IMG/VR virus record: IMGVR_UViG_3300034166_000560
DNA from: a virus
Strand: one strand, 5' to 3'
Length of the DNA: 64,000 nt
The notes below the pieces were generated by a model. The model did not search any database, was not told where the DNA came from, and saw only the letters and a program-made list of their open reading frames with translations. The position numbers were made by a program, and so were the translations under genes. Positions 38,414 through 46,039 of the stretch are shown here, piece after piece. Each line of letters opens with the position of its first letter. The first letter of the stretch is position 1.

Positions 38414-38655
38414 TGCCTACATATAAGTTTTTAAATAATGAGACTGGCGAAGAATATGAGGACTTCATGAGCATCAGTGCACTTGAAGTTTACCTTGAAG
38501 AGAATCCAAATGTAACACAACTCGTAAATGGCGCTCCTATGATCCATTCTGGCAGAGGCATGGGTAAACCCGATCAGGGTTTCCGTGATCTGCTTAAACA
38601 TATGAAGAAGGGAAACCAAAAAGGTATTTCGAGGAGCACTATTAACACATTCTAG
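38413..38655 (+). CDS. FmdB-like small protein
   Basis: MPTYKFLNNETGEEYE..GFRDLL; typical position before phoH. Confidence 0.65.
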   Translation: MPTYKFLNNETGEEYEDFMSISALEVYLEENPNVTQLVNGAPMIHSGRGMGKPDQGFRDLLKHMKKGNQKGISRSTINTF

Positions 38656-38665
38656 TAGAGGAAAA

Positions 38666-39427
38666 ATGGAAGAAGAAACAAGAACACGTCGATTAACTCG
38701 CAAAGAAAAAAGACTTCTTCGTCAACAAGGTAAAGAACCAAAGGAAAATTACCAAGAGAAATTAAATTTTAATCTAAAACATTTTCATCCTCTTACAGAG
38801 AATCAGAAATTAGCATTTGATTCTTTTGATGACGATAAAAATCTAATGCTACATGGTATTGCTGGTACTGGTAAATCCTTTATGGCATTATACCTTTCTT
38901 TGAAACAGATCCTCAGCGATCCAGAATGTATCTATAAGAAAGTTGTTATTGTAAGATCTGTTGTTCCTACTAGAGATATGGGATTCCTTCCTGGTAGTGA
39001 CAGAGAAAAGACTAAAGTTTATGAAGCGCCTTACTATGCCATCTGTACCGAGTTGTTCGGTAGAGGTGATGCATACGAGTATCTAAAGAAGAGAAACGTA
39101 GTTGAGTTTATCTCTACTTCTTTTATCAGAGGCATTACACTCAACGATTGTATTGTCGTTGTTGATGAGATGCAGAATGCTACTCTTCACGAGTTGGATT
39201 CTGTTATTACTCGTATTGGTCACAACTGTAAGGTAGTATTCTGCGGAGACTTCAGACAGTCAGACTTCACAAGAGAACACGAGAAGAGCGGTCTAACCGA
39301 CTTCATGAGAGTGGTTCGCTCTATGAAATCTTTTGATCTAGTAGAATTCGAAGCCAAAGATATTGTTCGTTCTGCTCTTGTTAAAGAATACATCATCCTT
39401 AAAGACAAGATGAGAATTATAACGTAG
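38666..39427 (+). CDS. phoH: PhoH family ATPase
   Basis: PLTENQ, GIAGTGKS, GFLPG, RGITL, DEMQN, TRIG, GDFRQSD, DIVRS. Confidence 0.95.
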   Translation: MEEETRTRRLTRKEKRLLRQQGKEPKENYQEKLNFNLKHFHPLTENQKLAFDSFDDDKNLMLHGIAGTGKSFMALYLSLKQILSDPECIYKKVVIVRSVVPTRDMGFLPGSDREKTKVYEAPYYAICTELFGRGDAYEYLKKRNVVEFISTSFIRGITLNDCIVVVDEMQNATLHELDSVITRIGHNCKVVFCGDFRQSDFTREHEKSGLTDFMRVVRSMKSFDLVEFEAKDIVRSALVKEYIILKDKMRIIT

Positions 39428-39435
39428 GAGGAGTT

Positions 39436-40179
39436 GTGTCAAAAGATAAAAAGAAAAGTTATCGTTCGATCTTTATATCTGATGTGCACCTTGGAACCCG
39501 TCACTCTAACGCAAAATTGTTATTAGAATTTTTAAAAGAAACAGAAGCCGACAGATATTATCTTGTTGGTGATATCATTGATGGCTGGATGATGCGCAAA
39601 AACGTTTACTGGCCACAAGAACATAACGAAGTCGTGCAATTCTTTTTAAAACAGTCAAAGAAATCTGTTGAAGTTATTTTTGTCATAGGTAACCATGATG
39701 AGTTCCTTCGTGAATATTCGGGAACCGAGATGGGTAATATTAAACTGGTTAACGAAGTAATACATCATGGAGAAAATAATAAAAAATATCTAGTCATACA
39801 TGGCGATCAGTTCGACCTTGTCACTAAAAACGCAAGATGGTTAGCATATATTGGCGGCTGGATGTATGATCGAATGATTGACATAAACCGTTATTTACAA
39901 TGGGTTTATAATGCTCTTAACATAAATGGTTTCTCTCTATCTGCTTGGGCGAAATCTAATGTCAAAGAAGCAGTAAACTTCATTGGAGACTACGAAAAGG
40001 TAGTTGCCGATGCAGCCAAAAGGAGATGCGTCGATGGGGTTATTTGCGGTCATATACATTCTGTTAATATATCTACTATTGATGGTATTGAATACGTAAA
40101 CTGCGGTGACTGGGTGGAATCCTGCACTGCCATTGTTGAACATTACAATGGTAAATTTGAGATCATAAGGAAACTATAA
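39436..40179 (+). CDS. PlcP/LpxH-like metallophosphoesterase (candidate phospholipase C PlcP)
   Basis: ISDVHLG, GDIIDGW, GNHDE, HGDQFD, CGHIH, NCGDWVESCTA. Confidence 0.8.
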   Translation: MSKDKKKSYRSIFISDVHLGTRHSNAKLLLEFLKETEADRYYLVGDIIDGWMMRKNVYWPQEHNEVVQFFLKQSKKSVEVIFVIGNHDEFLREYSGTEMGNIKLVNEVIHHGENNKKYLVIHGDQFDLVTKNARWLAYIGGWMYDRMIDINRYLQWVYNALNINGFSLSAWAKSNVKEAVNFIGDYEKVVADAAKRRCVDGVICGHIHSVNISTIDGIEYVNCGDWVESCTAIVEHYNGKFEIIRKL

Positions 40180-41165
40180 TGAATATTACTATTTTTACTG
40201 ATGCTTGGGATCCGCAGATCAATGGCGTTGTCACTACGCTGAAGACAACGATCAAGCATCTCGAATCACGAGGTCACGTAGTGAAGGTGATTCATCCTGG
40301 TCTCTATAAACTAACGATACCACTACAACCATCTACTGGCATTTTTATGCCAGTTTTGCCCATGGGTATTGCTGATGAAGAAGTAAAGAATGCTGACAAG
40401 ATTCACATCTCAACAGAAGGAGCCATAGGTCTTGCCGCTAGATATAGCTGTAAAAAATACAAGAAGTCTTTTACAACTTCCTTTCACACTAAGTATCCGG
40501 AATACGTTAAGATACATACTGGTATTTCACCAAGAGTTAGCGGTGAGTATTTTCGTTGGTTCCATAGAGACAGCAGTGCTGTTATGGTTACAACCCCCAG
40601 TATGGTTGATTACTGTAAAGAATTGGGTATCAAACATCTAAAGATTTGGTCACGTGGCGTTGATACAAAACTGTTCCATCCAATTTACCCAAAGCCAAAG
40701 TCCGAACATATCTCGGCTGTATATTGCGGTAGAATATCAGCCGAGAAAAATTTAGAAGCATTTCTTTCTATCAATAATCCGTCAATCAGCAAAACTCTTA
40801 TTGGCGATGGACCACAATTAGAAGAATACAAATCTAAATATCCAGAAGCTATCTTTCTCGGTAAGATGAACGCTAAACAAATTGCTGCAGAACTACCAAA
40901 GCATGACGTGTTTGCTTGGCCTTCTCTAACAGACACTTTTGGTTTAGTGGTGTTAGAAGGAATGGCATGCGGATTACCTGTAGCAGCATTTAGAAATGAT
41001 GTCAACGAATATATCATAGACGAAAAGTCAGGTGCGTTGATGGATTGGGATTTTGAAGAAGGTATATTGGTCGCCAAAACACTAAAACCAGAGGACGCTG
41101 TTGCTCGTGCAGCTAAATTCTCTTGGGAAGCGGCGACAGATCAGTTCTTGGAGAACCTATCATGA
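40179..41165 (+). CDS. GT4 glycosyltransferase, Agt-like (diacylglycerol glycosyltransferase candidate)
   Basis: TDAWDPQINGVVTTL, STEG, SFHTKYPEY, WSRGVD, PSLTDTFGLVVLEGMACG. Confidence 0.8.
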   Translation: MNITIFTDAWDPQINGVVTTLKTTIKHLESRGHVVKVIHPGLYKLTIPLQPSTGIFMPVLPMGIADEEVKNADKIHISTEGAIGLAARYSCKKYKKSFTTSFHTKYPEYVKIHTGISPRVSGEYFRWFHRDSSAVMVTTPSMVDYCKELGIKHLKIWSRGVDTKLFHPIYPKPKSEHISAVYCGRISAEKNLEAFLSINNPSISKTLIGDGPQLEEYKSKYPEAIFLGKMNAKQIAAELPKHDVFAWPSLTDTFGLVVLEGMACGLPVAAFRNDVNEYIIDEKSGALMDWDFEEGILVAKTLKPEDAVARAAKFSWEAATDQFLENLS

Positions 41166-41872
41166 CAGAAGCAAAAGACATTATCAAAGCATGGGACTAT
41201 TGGCCAGCGCCGCCAATAGATAAGATTGCTAAGTTCCATTACATCGATGTCGGTAGAGAACCAGACACCAATCTAACTGCTACAATGCCAGATATGCATT
41301 CTTGGTTTGCTTGGGATCAGAGCAGTCAGTCTATTTTATATGTCGATTATGACAAGGATATGAAATGGAAAGACACTTGGTATCTACGTTACAAACTTGG
41401 TTATGGTATTGCTGAATGGCGAGACGATAATATCGTTGATAAAGAAAGTATCTTTACTAAGATCTTTGGAAACAGAAACAAGATTGTATTCCAAGATAAG
41501 AATCCTATATGGTGGGGCAACTATTGCGAGATTGGTAAAGAATATGAGAACAATCCTAGGTCAGACTTCTTTGCTTGTTCGCCACCACAGTTACTAAATG
41601 GTATACAGTCTTTCGTTTATGAGAGAAAGATTGATAAGTGGACCAATGCATTCGGCGAAACATATAAAGACGTCGTCACATTAGTGTATCAACAAGCATG
41701 GGGATCTAAGGTTGGTGGTGCCAGATATTGGATGGCCAGAGGTATTGGCCCCGTAGCAGTTCAGTGGATCTCAACCGTTAAAGAAGCGTCTGGAAATAAG
41801 ATATATATAACTAATAGAATGGATGCGAAATATAGAATGGAAAACGGATTTGCGAAAGATATTCAAACATAA
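41162..41872 (+). CDS. hypothetical protein
   Basis: Trp-rich ORF, YWMARGIGPV. Confidence 0.6.
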   Translation: MTEAKDIIKAWDYWPAPPIDKIAKFHYIDVGREPDTNLTATMPDMHSWFAWDQSSQSILYVDYDKDMKWKDTWYLRYKLGYGIAEWRDDNIVDKESIFTKIFGNRNKIVFQDKNPIWWGNYCEIGKEYENNPRSDFFACSPPQLLNGIQSFVYERKIDKWTNAFGETYKDVVTLVYQQAWGSKVGGARYWMARGIGPVAVQWISTVKEASGNKIYITNRMDAKYRMENGFAKDIQT

Positions 41873-42509
41873 TATAGTCCCAGAAGTAGATATTACTACT
41901 GAGACTATTGACGGTAAAAGATATTATGTGTTACCGAATGGACAAAAGTTTCGTTCGGTAACTACTGTATTAGATTCAGCCCTAGACAAAACTGCACTAA
42001 TGGAGTGGAAGAAACGTGTCGGTCACGAAGAAGCTCAAAAGATTACTGTCCAAGCTGCTCGTCGTGGAACCGCCGTACATTCCATCGCAGAGCGTTATGT
42101 CCTCAATGAAGAGAATTATCTTCGGGGTGCTATGCCTTCTGGAATTGATTCTTTTAAAGGTATTCAATCGCTCTTAGACAAACACGTCGATAACATTCTT
42201 GGTATCGAGTTGCCTTTATATTCTGTTGCCATGAGAACTGCTGGGCGCTGCGATCTTATTGCAGAGTTTAATGGTATACCTTCTGTGATTGATTTCAAAA
42301 CAAGTCGTAAAACAAAAAAGGAGGAGTGGATTGAATCCTACTTCCTCCAGACAACTTGTTACTCGATGATGTTCGAATGGATCTATAAAATAAAAATCCC
42401 GCAGATCGCAATACTAATAGCAGTGGACAACGAGCAGCCACAACTATTTGTAAAGGATCGTGCGGAATATGTTAATAGAGTATTAGAGATCTTTACACAA
42501 CCTACATAG
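41823..42509 (+). CDS. PD-(D/E)xK (Cas4-like) exonuclease of T4-like phages
   Basis: SVTTVL, RGTAVH, AGRCDLI, IDFKTS, YFLQ; start uncertain. Confidence 0.85.
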   Translation: MRNIEWKTDLRKIFKHNIVPEVDITTETIDGKRYYVLPNGQKFRSVTTVLDSALDKTALMEWKKRVGHEEAQKITVQAARRGTAVHSIAERYVLNEENYLRGAMPSGIDSFKGIQSLLDKHVDNILGIELPLYSVAMRTAGRCDLIAEFNGIPSVIDFKTSRKTKKEEWIESYFLQTTCYSMMFEWIYKIKIPQIAILIAVDNEQPQLFVKDRAEYVNRVLEIFTQPT

Positions 42510-42912
42510 AGCCGTAGGCGTTTTCTTCTTCGAGAGAGAATACTGTTCTCTTAATACCAAAGTGTTCGATCGCTTTCTGGCACCCCGGACAAGGTTCGGC
42601 CAGTCCACTTACCCACCCAGTGTCTCCCTTGTTTTGTTTCTTAACACGGTAGACATATAGGGTGGCATCTTTTAGATCATCTTCTTCGACAACTTTCAAT
42701 GCTTTGATAATACAATCCACCTCTGCGTGTTTAAAGATCGCATCGATATTCTTTGCGAACCTTTTCTGCAGAGGATGGGATTTATCTGAGTTGAAACCGA
42801 CAGAGATAATCTCGTTACGAAGAACGAGACACGCTGCCAGTTTCATCTTCATATTATTGGAAGTAGCTAGTCTACGGACAAAGTCCATATATTTCTTATC
42901 ACGAGAACTCAT
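42502..42912 (-). CDS. zinc-dependent cytidine/deoxycytidylate deaminase family protein
   Basis: HAE..PCPGC. Confidence 0.82.
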   Translation of the reverse strand: MSSRDKKYMDFVRRLATSNNMKMKLAACLVLRNEIISVGFNSDKSHPLQKRFAKNIDAIFKHAEVDCIIKALKVVEEDDLKDATLYVYRVKKQNKGDTGWVSGLAEPCPGCQKAIEHFGIKRTVFSLEEENAYGSM

Positions 42913-43459
42913 CTGAGTATCCTAGATTACGAAAGTCTCGGGCGTAGATCTTTCGAACCATATCCACGCTTTCCGAATCATAATCATTATTATACTCTTC
43001 TTTTGAATAAGAGCCAACGTTTATTTTTGGTATACGAATGTTTAGATCTACCTCGAGCTCCCAGAGCTCTTCGTATCTGTAGATCTTATCCATCTCTGTT
43101 ATATCTTCTTCAAAGATATAAAAAGATTGATCGTATTTCATAAGAGGAGTTTTCTCGGTAACTTCTCCTACCATAATCATGGACAAAAAGTTTTTAAAAG
43201 ATATTTGTATTTGATTGAATCGCAAAAAATGATGATAATAACTATACGCTCTTGTGAAGGGATTTCTTACGACAGAGAACTTGAAGACTTCTGGAGTAAT
43301 GTTATTATTAAGTTTGAGAACATGATAAGGATCGTGACCGATATGCCATGTTCTTAACCATGGTTGTTCTCTAAGTTGAGACCTGATAGCGATGCCACCA
43401 GTCTTAGGTATATGAACAAAGAGAAGAGGGGGAAGATCCCCCTCTACATTAGTAATCAT
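42899..43459 (-). CDS. sulfotransferase family 2 protein
   Basis: FVHIPKTGG (5'-PSB), VRNPFTRAYS (3'-PB), IYARDF..GY. Confidence 0.8.
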   Translation of the reverse strand: MITNVEGDLPPLLFVHIPKTGGIAIRSQLREQPWLRTWHIGHDPYHVLKLNNNITPEVFKFSVVRNPFTRAYSYYHHFLRFNQIQISFKNFLSMIMVGEVTEKTPLMKYDQSFYIFEEDITEMDKIYRYEELWELEVDLNIRIPKINVGSYSKEEYNNDYDSESVDMVRKIYARDFRNLGYSDEFS

Positions 43460-44873
43460 AACGCTCGTTCATGATAGTGTCGAGCATAATCGATTCGGGA
43501 GTAAAGGTCTCTACGTTAGCCAAACCCTTCACCAGTGCTGGCGAGAATCCAGAAACAAGAGCAACTCCAGAAGTATCATACTTCACAGGCTGATTACCAT
43601 ACGCAGCATTTAGATTCCAGAACACGATCTTTGGTAGATCATAACCAGCATCCTGATACTTACGAGCAATCATCTGTAATGCGCTATCGTCGAAACGAGT
43701 GCACTGGTTGAACTGCATGTCTGATAGAATAAGCAGCATGTCAGGCATTTCTTCCTGAGGCACATTACCCTTCTTAGCTACATCAAGAACCTTATCCAGA
43801 GCACGGTGCAGATCAGTAGACATAGCCCACTTAGACTGAACCATCTGCTGGCACTTCTGAACGATATTACCGTTTAGGTGCAGCAACTGTGGGTTGTCGC
43901 TGAAAGTCAAGAAGGTATCCTTGAACGCTCCAGTGTTCTTGTCTGCAAGATACAGACCAAGAGACACAGCAACGTCAATGCAAGTAGTACCACTCTTTGA
44001 GTTGTATCCACCAGCAGGAGTGGTCATTGAACCAGAAACGTCAACCAAAGGTAGGATACGGGCATCCCCAACGAAGTTAGGAAGAGCATCCCACTGAGCC
44101 TGAAGATGTCCAAGTTCAGTGGCATCATAGTCGTTTGACCAACGATATGAACATAGACCCTTTAGAACATCGTAAGGATACACAGCACCAGCGTTCACCT
44201 TTACGCCAGCTTCGCCCTTTACGAGCTTCTGAACATACTCAGCAAACTTTACAGAGTGCTTGTTGAATGCCTTCTTGTAACGAGAAGCAGCAAGAGAAGG
44301 AACCTTGTTGTAGTCGATCTCTTCCCACTGCTTTGCGCACATCTGAGTTTCAACAACGTTGGTTAGATTAACCAAAGTCTTACGATACTGCTTTGGAGTC
44401 ATACCAAGGAATGCACGTAGCTCTGCAGCCACTTCACCCTTACGAGGCATCCACTTAGCAACTAGACCAGCAGTATTCTGGTTAGACAATCCTTCACGGA
44501 TAAACTCGAACGCTTCCTTACGGACATCGCCCTTTGCAGTTAGGAGATCATCCCAACGACCAAGTTCCGGAACCTTATGCACGATACGAGCAGCAAGTGC
44601 AGGATCGTTGTCGCATAGGTACTGGAAAATATCACGGAAGATCTTACGTTCACCAGATCCACCACGAGCATCACGTGCCCATAGAGCAATACGAGTTGCA
44701 AGTTCCTTGTTGGTAACATATGCAGCTACGAAAGCAGGGATGATATCCTTACCACGAGAAGCACCAATGTTGAAGTATAGATCAACTAGCGGAGACGCAG
44801 TTGACTTCAGAGCCTTCATACCATTTTCAGTACGTGCTTCCTGATTCTTCACGGCATTAACAAAAGTAGACAT
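43449..44873 (-). CDS. DUF2828-type helical domain plus vWA protein (Ro60/TROVE-like by inference)
   Basis: RTENG, RDARGGSGER, GRWDDL, AKWMPR; vWA MIDAS DVSGS..T..SDMQF; FWNL, VSGFS. Confidence 0.82.
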   Translation of the reverse strand: MSTFVNAVKNQEARTENGMKALKSTASPLVDLYFNIGASRGKDIIPAFVAAYVTNKELATRIALWARDARGGSGERKIFRDIFQYLCDNDPALAARIVHKVPELGRWDDLLTAKGDVRKEAFEFIREGLSNQNTAGLVAKWMPRKGEVAAELRAFLGMTPKQYRKTLVNLTNVVETQMCAKQWEEIDYNKVPSLAASRYKKAFNKHSVKFAEYVQKLVKGEAGVKVNAGAVYPYDVLKGLCSYRWSNDYDATELGHLQAQWDALPNFVGDARILPLVDVSGSMTTPAGGYNSKSGTTCIDVAVSLGLYLADKNTGAFKDTFLTFSDNPQLLHLNGNIVQKCQQMVQSKWAMSTDLHRALDKVLDVAKKGNVPQEEMPDMLLILSDMQFNQCTRFDDSALQMIARKYQDAGYDLPKIVFWNLNAAYGNQPVKYDTSGVALVSGFSPALVKGLANVETFTPESIMLDTIMNERYDY

Positions 44874-44889
44874 TTCACTTTCCTTTTCT

Positions 44890-44950
44890 ACAGATTGAAC
44901 TTTGAGTCAAATTATCAGTTTGATTTTCATTGGATTGCTGAACTCAATCT
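44890..44950 (-). ncRNA. array unit 1: module with an Ile(GAU) anticodon stem-loop
   Basis: AGATTGA-GTTCAGCAA...TCAAA-CTGATAA-TTTGA...TCAATCT-GT. Confidence 0.7.
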
Positions 44951-44957
44951 AAAATTA

Positions 44958-45068
44958 ACAGGATAGATTTTACGTGCTCTACCGACTGAGCTACTCCCCC
45001 ATAGGGAAGGTGGGGCTCGAACCCACGACCACGGCTGTGTAAAAGCAAAACATTGCGGAAACTATCCT
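44958..45068 (-). ncRNA. array unit 2: YrlA-like RNA with a permuted tRNA domain
   Basis: AGGATAG-TTTCCGCAA...T arm GTGGG-TTCGAGC-CCCAC, closed acceptor-like hairpin CTTCCC-TATG-GGGGAG, D arm TAGCTCAGTCGGTAGAGCA...CTATCCT-GT. Confidence 0.8.
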
Positions 45069-45084
45069 AAAACTCTATATTACT

Positions 45085-45112
45085 ATTATACTACACTTTG
45101 CTTAGAAGTCAA
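45085..45112 (-). promoter_or_regulatory. sigma70-like promoter inside the RNA array
   Basis: TTGACT-16 nt-TATAAT on the - strand between units 3 and 2. Confidence 0.6.
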
Positions 45113-45121
45113 GCAAAAATA

Positions 45122-45189
45122 ACAGGATAACATCTTTCTTCGATTACAAGTCGAGTGCTTATTCAGCGATGGTTTGCTGTAGTTATCCT
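45122..45189 (-). ncRNA. array unit 3: module with a Thr(UGU) anticodon stem-loop
   Basis: AGGATAA-CTACAGCAAA...TCGA-CTTGTAA-TCGA...TTATCCT-GT. Confidence 0.7.
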
Positions 45190-45196
45190 AGAACTA

Positions 45197-45249
45197 ACGG
45201 GATCAACTTGGCTTGTTTGTGAGCAACAGTTGAATGCTGAACTGATCCC
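45197..45249 (-). ncRNA. array unit 4: minimal module
   Basis: GGGATCA-GTTCAGCAT...TGATCCC-GT; small internal hairpin containing CTCACAA. Confidence 0.65.
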
Positions 45250-45262
45250 AAAACTTTATACA

Positions 45263-45371
45263 ACAGGATATATTTTTTAGCTCCATGGCTATTAACCACG
45301 ATAGGATTTGAACCTATTATCTTCTGTAATAATACAGATGCTTCGACCGAAGTGTTTGCTGAAAATATCCT
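45263..45371 (-). ncRNA. array unit 5: module with a T-arm and three other hairpins
   Basis: AGGATAT-TTTCAGCAAA...ATAGG-TTCAAAT-CCTAT...ATATCCT-GT. Confidence 0.7.
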
Positions 45372-45379
45372 AAAACTAA

Positions 45380-45582
45380 ACTGGATGGTTGAAGGAATTT
45401 TTATTATTGTTCTGGAGAGACCGATTAACTCGTACGAGTATATCCTTCAACTCTCCCTATCTAATGATTCTCACTAGCAATATTTTCTCTCACCGTAGTG
45501 GAGAAACTCTCTGAACAGTAAGAACCAAAGTTCTTACATCGGAGGAGCCTTACGACTCCGAGTGGTTTGCTGTATCCATCCA
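45380..45582 (-). ncRNA. array unit 6: 203-nt multi-hairpin module
   Basis: TGGATGG-ATACAGCAAA...CCATCCA-GT enclosing several hairpins. Confidence 0.65.
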
Positions 45583-45589
45583 CAATAAA

Positions 45590-45646
45590 ACAGGATCAAC
45601 TTGCATTTTTCGTTCAAAGAAAAGTAGTTATTGCTGAACTGATCCT
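45590..45646 (-). ncRNA. array unit 7: module with an anticodon-like stem-loop (UGA)
   Basis: AGGATCA-GTTCAGCAA...TTTTC-TTTGAAC-GAAAA...TGATCCT-GT; begins 6 nt after the tRNA-Gly CCA. Confidence 0.7.
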
Positions 45647-45652
45647 AAAATT

Positions 45653-45727
45653 TGGAGCGGGCGACCAGAATCGAACTGGCGACCAACAGTTTGGAAGACT
45701 GTGACTCTACCCCTGAGTTACACCCGC
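45653..45727 (-). tRNA. tRNA-Gly(TCC)
   Basis: cloverleaf, loop CTTCCAA, CCA end. Confidence 0.93.
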
Positions 45728-45927
45728 AAACCCCATTTAATTTTCAACCAAATCCTTTCATGAATATAATAATCTATACTAAGAAGAAGATGAAGTATTG
45801 TAGCAAATCCTGTAGACTTGCCAATGTCACCAGTAAAAACGAAAGTCCAGAATATCGTAAACACCCATGCGGTTAAACGATAACTAATCATTCTTACTAC
45901 TGTACGTTTATGAGTTTCTTGTATCAT
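45718..45927 (-). CDS. DUF2061-like small membrane protein
   Basis: ETHKRTVVRMISYR..YYIHERIW; stop overlaps the tRNA-Gly 5' end; TATAAATA at 45938-45945 upstream. Confidence 0.65.
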   Translation of the reverse strand: MIQETHKRTVVRMISYRLTAWVFTIFWTFVFTGDIGKSTGFATILHLLLSIDYYIHERIWLKIKWGLRV

Positions 45928-46039
45928 TGAGATAACATATTTATATCAGAAAGAATAAAACCAGCGACTATCATCAGTCCAAAGAAACAAATAATTTTGA
46001 TTATTGCGCTCAATTTATGATTCATAATATATCCTCGAT

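Larger units (their letters stand above)
44890..45646 (-). repeat. tandem array of seven stem-bounded RNA modules (Y-RNA-like array)
   Basis: each unit on the - strand is a 7-bp stem, NTWCMGCA, variable cargo, complementary 7-bp stem and GT; stems covary between units. Confidence 0.85.

Noticed and set aside
41823-42509. Cas4 as part of a CRISPR system
   Set aside because: It is the standalone PD-(D/E)xK exonuclease usually found near phoH in T4-like phages, and the Cas4 Fe-S cysteine set is not evident.
44958-45068. Two adjacent truncated tRNA pseudogenes
   Set aside because: The two halves pair with each other through a closed acceptor-like hairpin and sit inside the shared handle stem, so one permuted RNA explains it better.
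44890-45646. CRISPR array interpretation of the repeated units
   Set aside because: The repeats are not identical direct repeats, unit lengths range from 53 to 203 nt, each unit is bounded by its own inverted repeat, and no cas operon is present.
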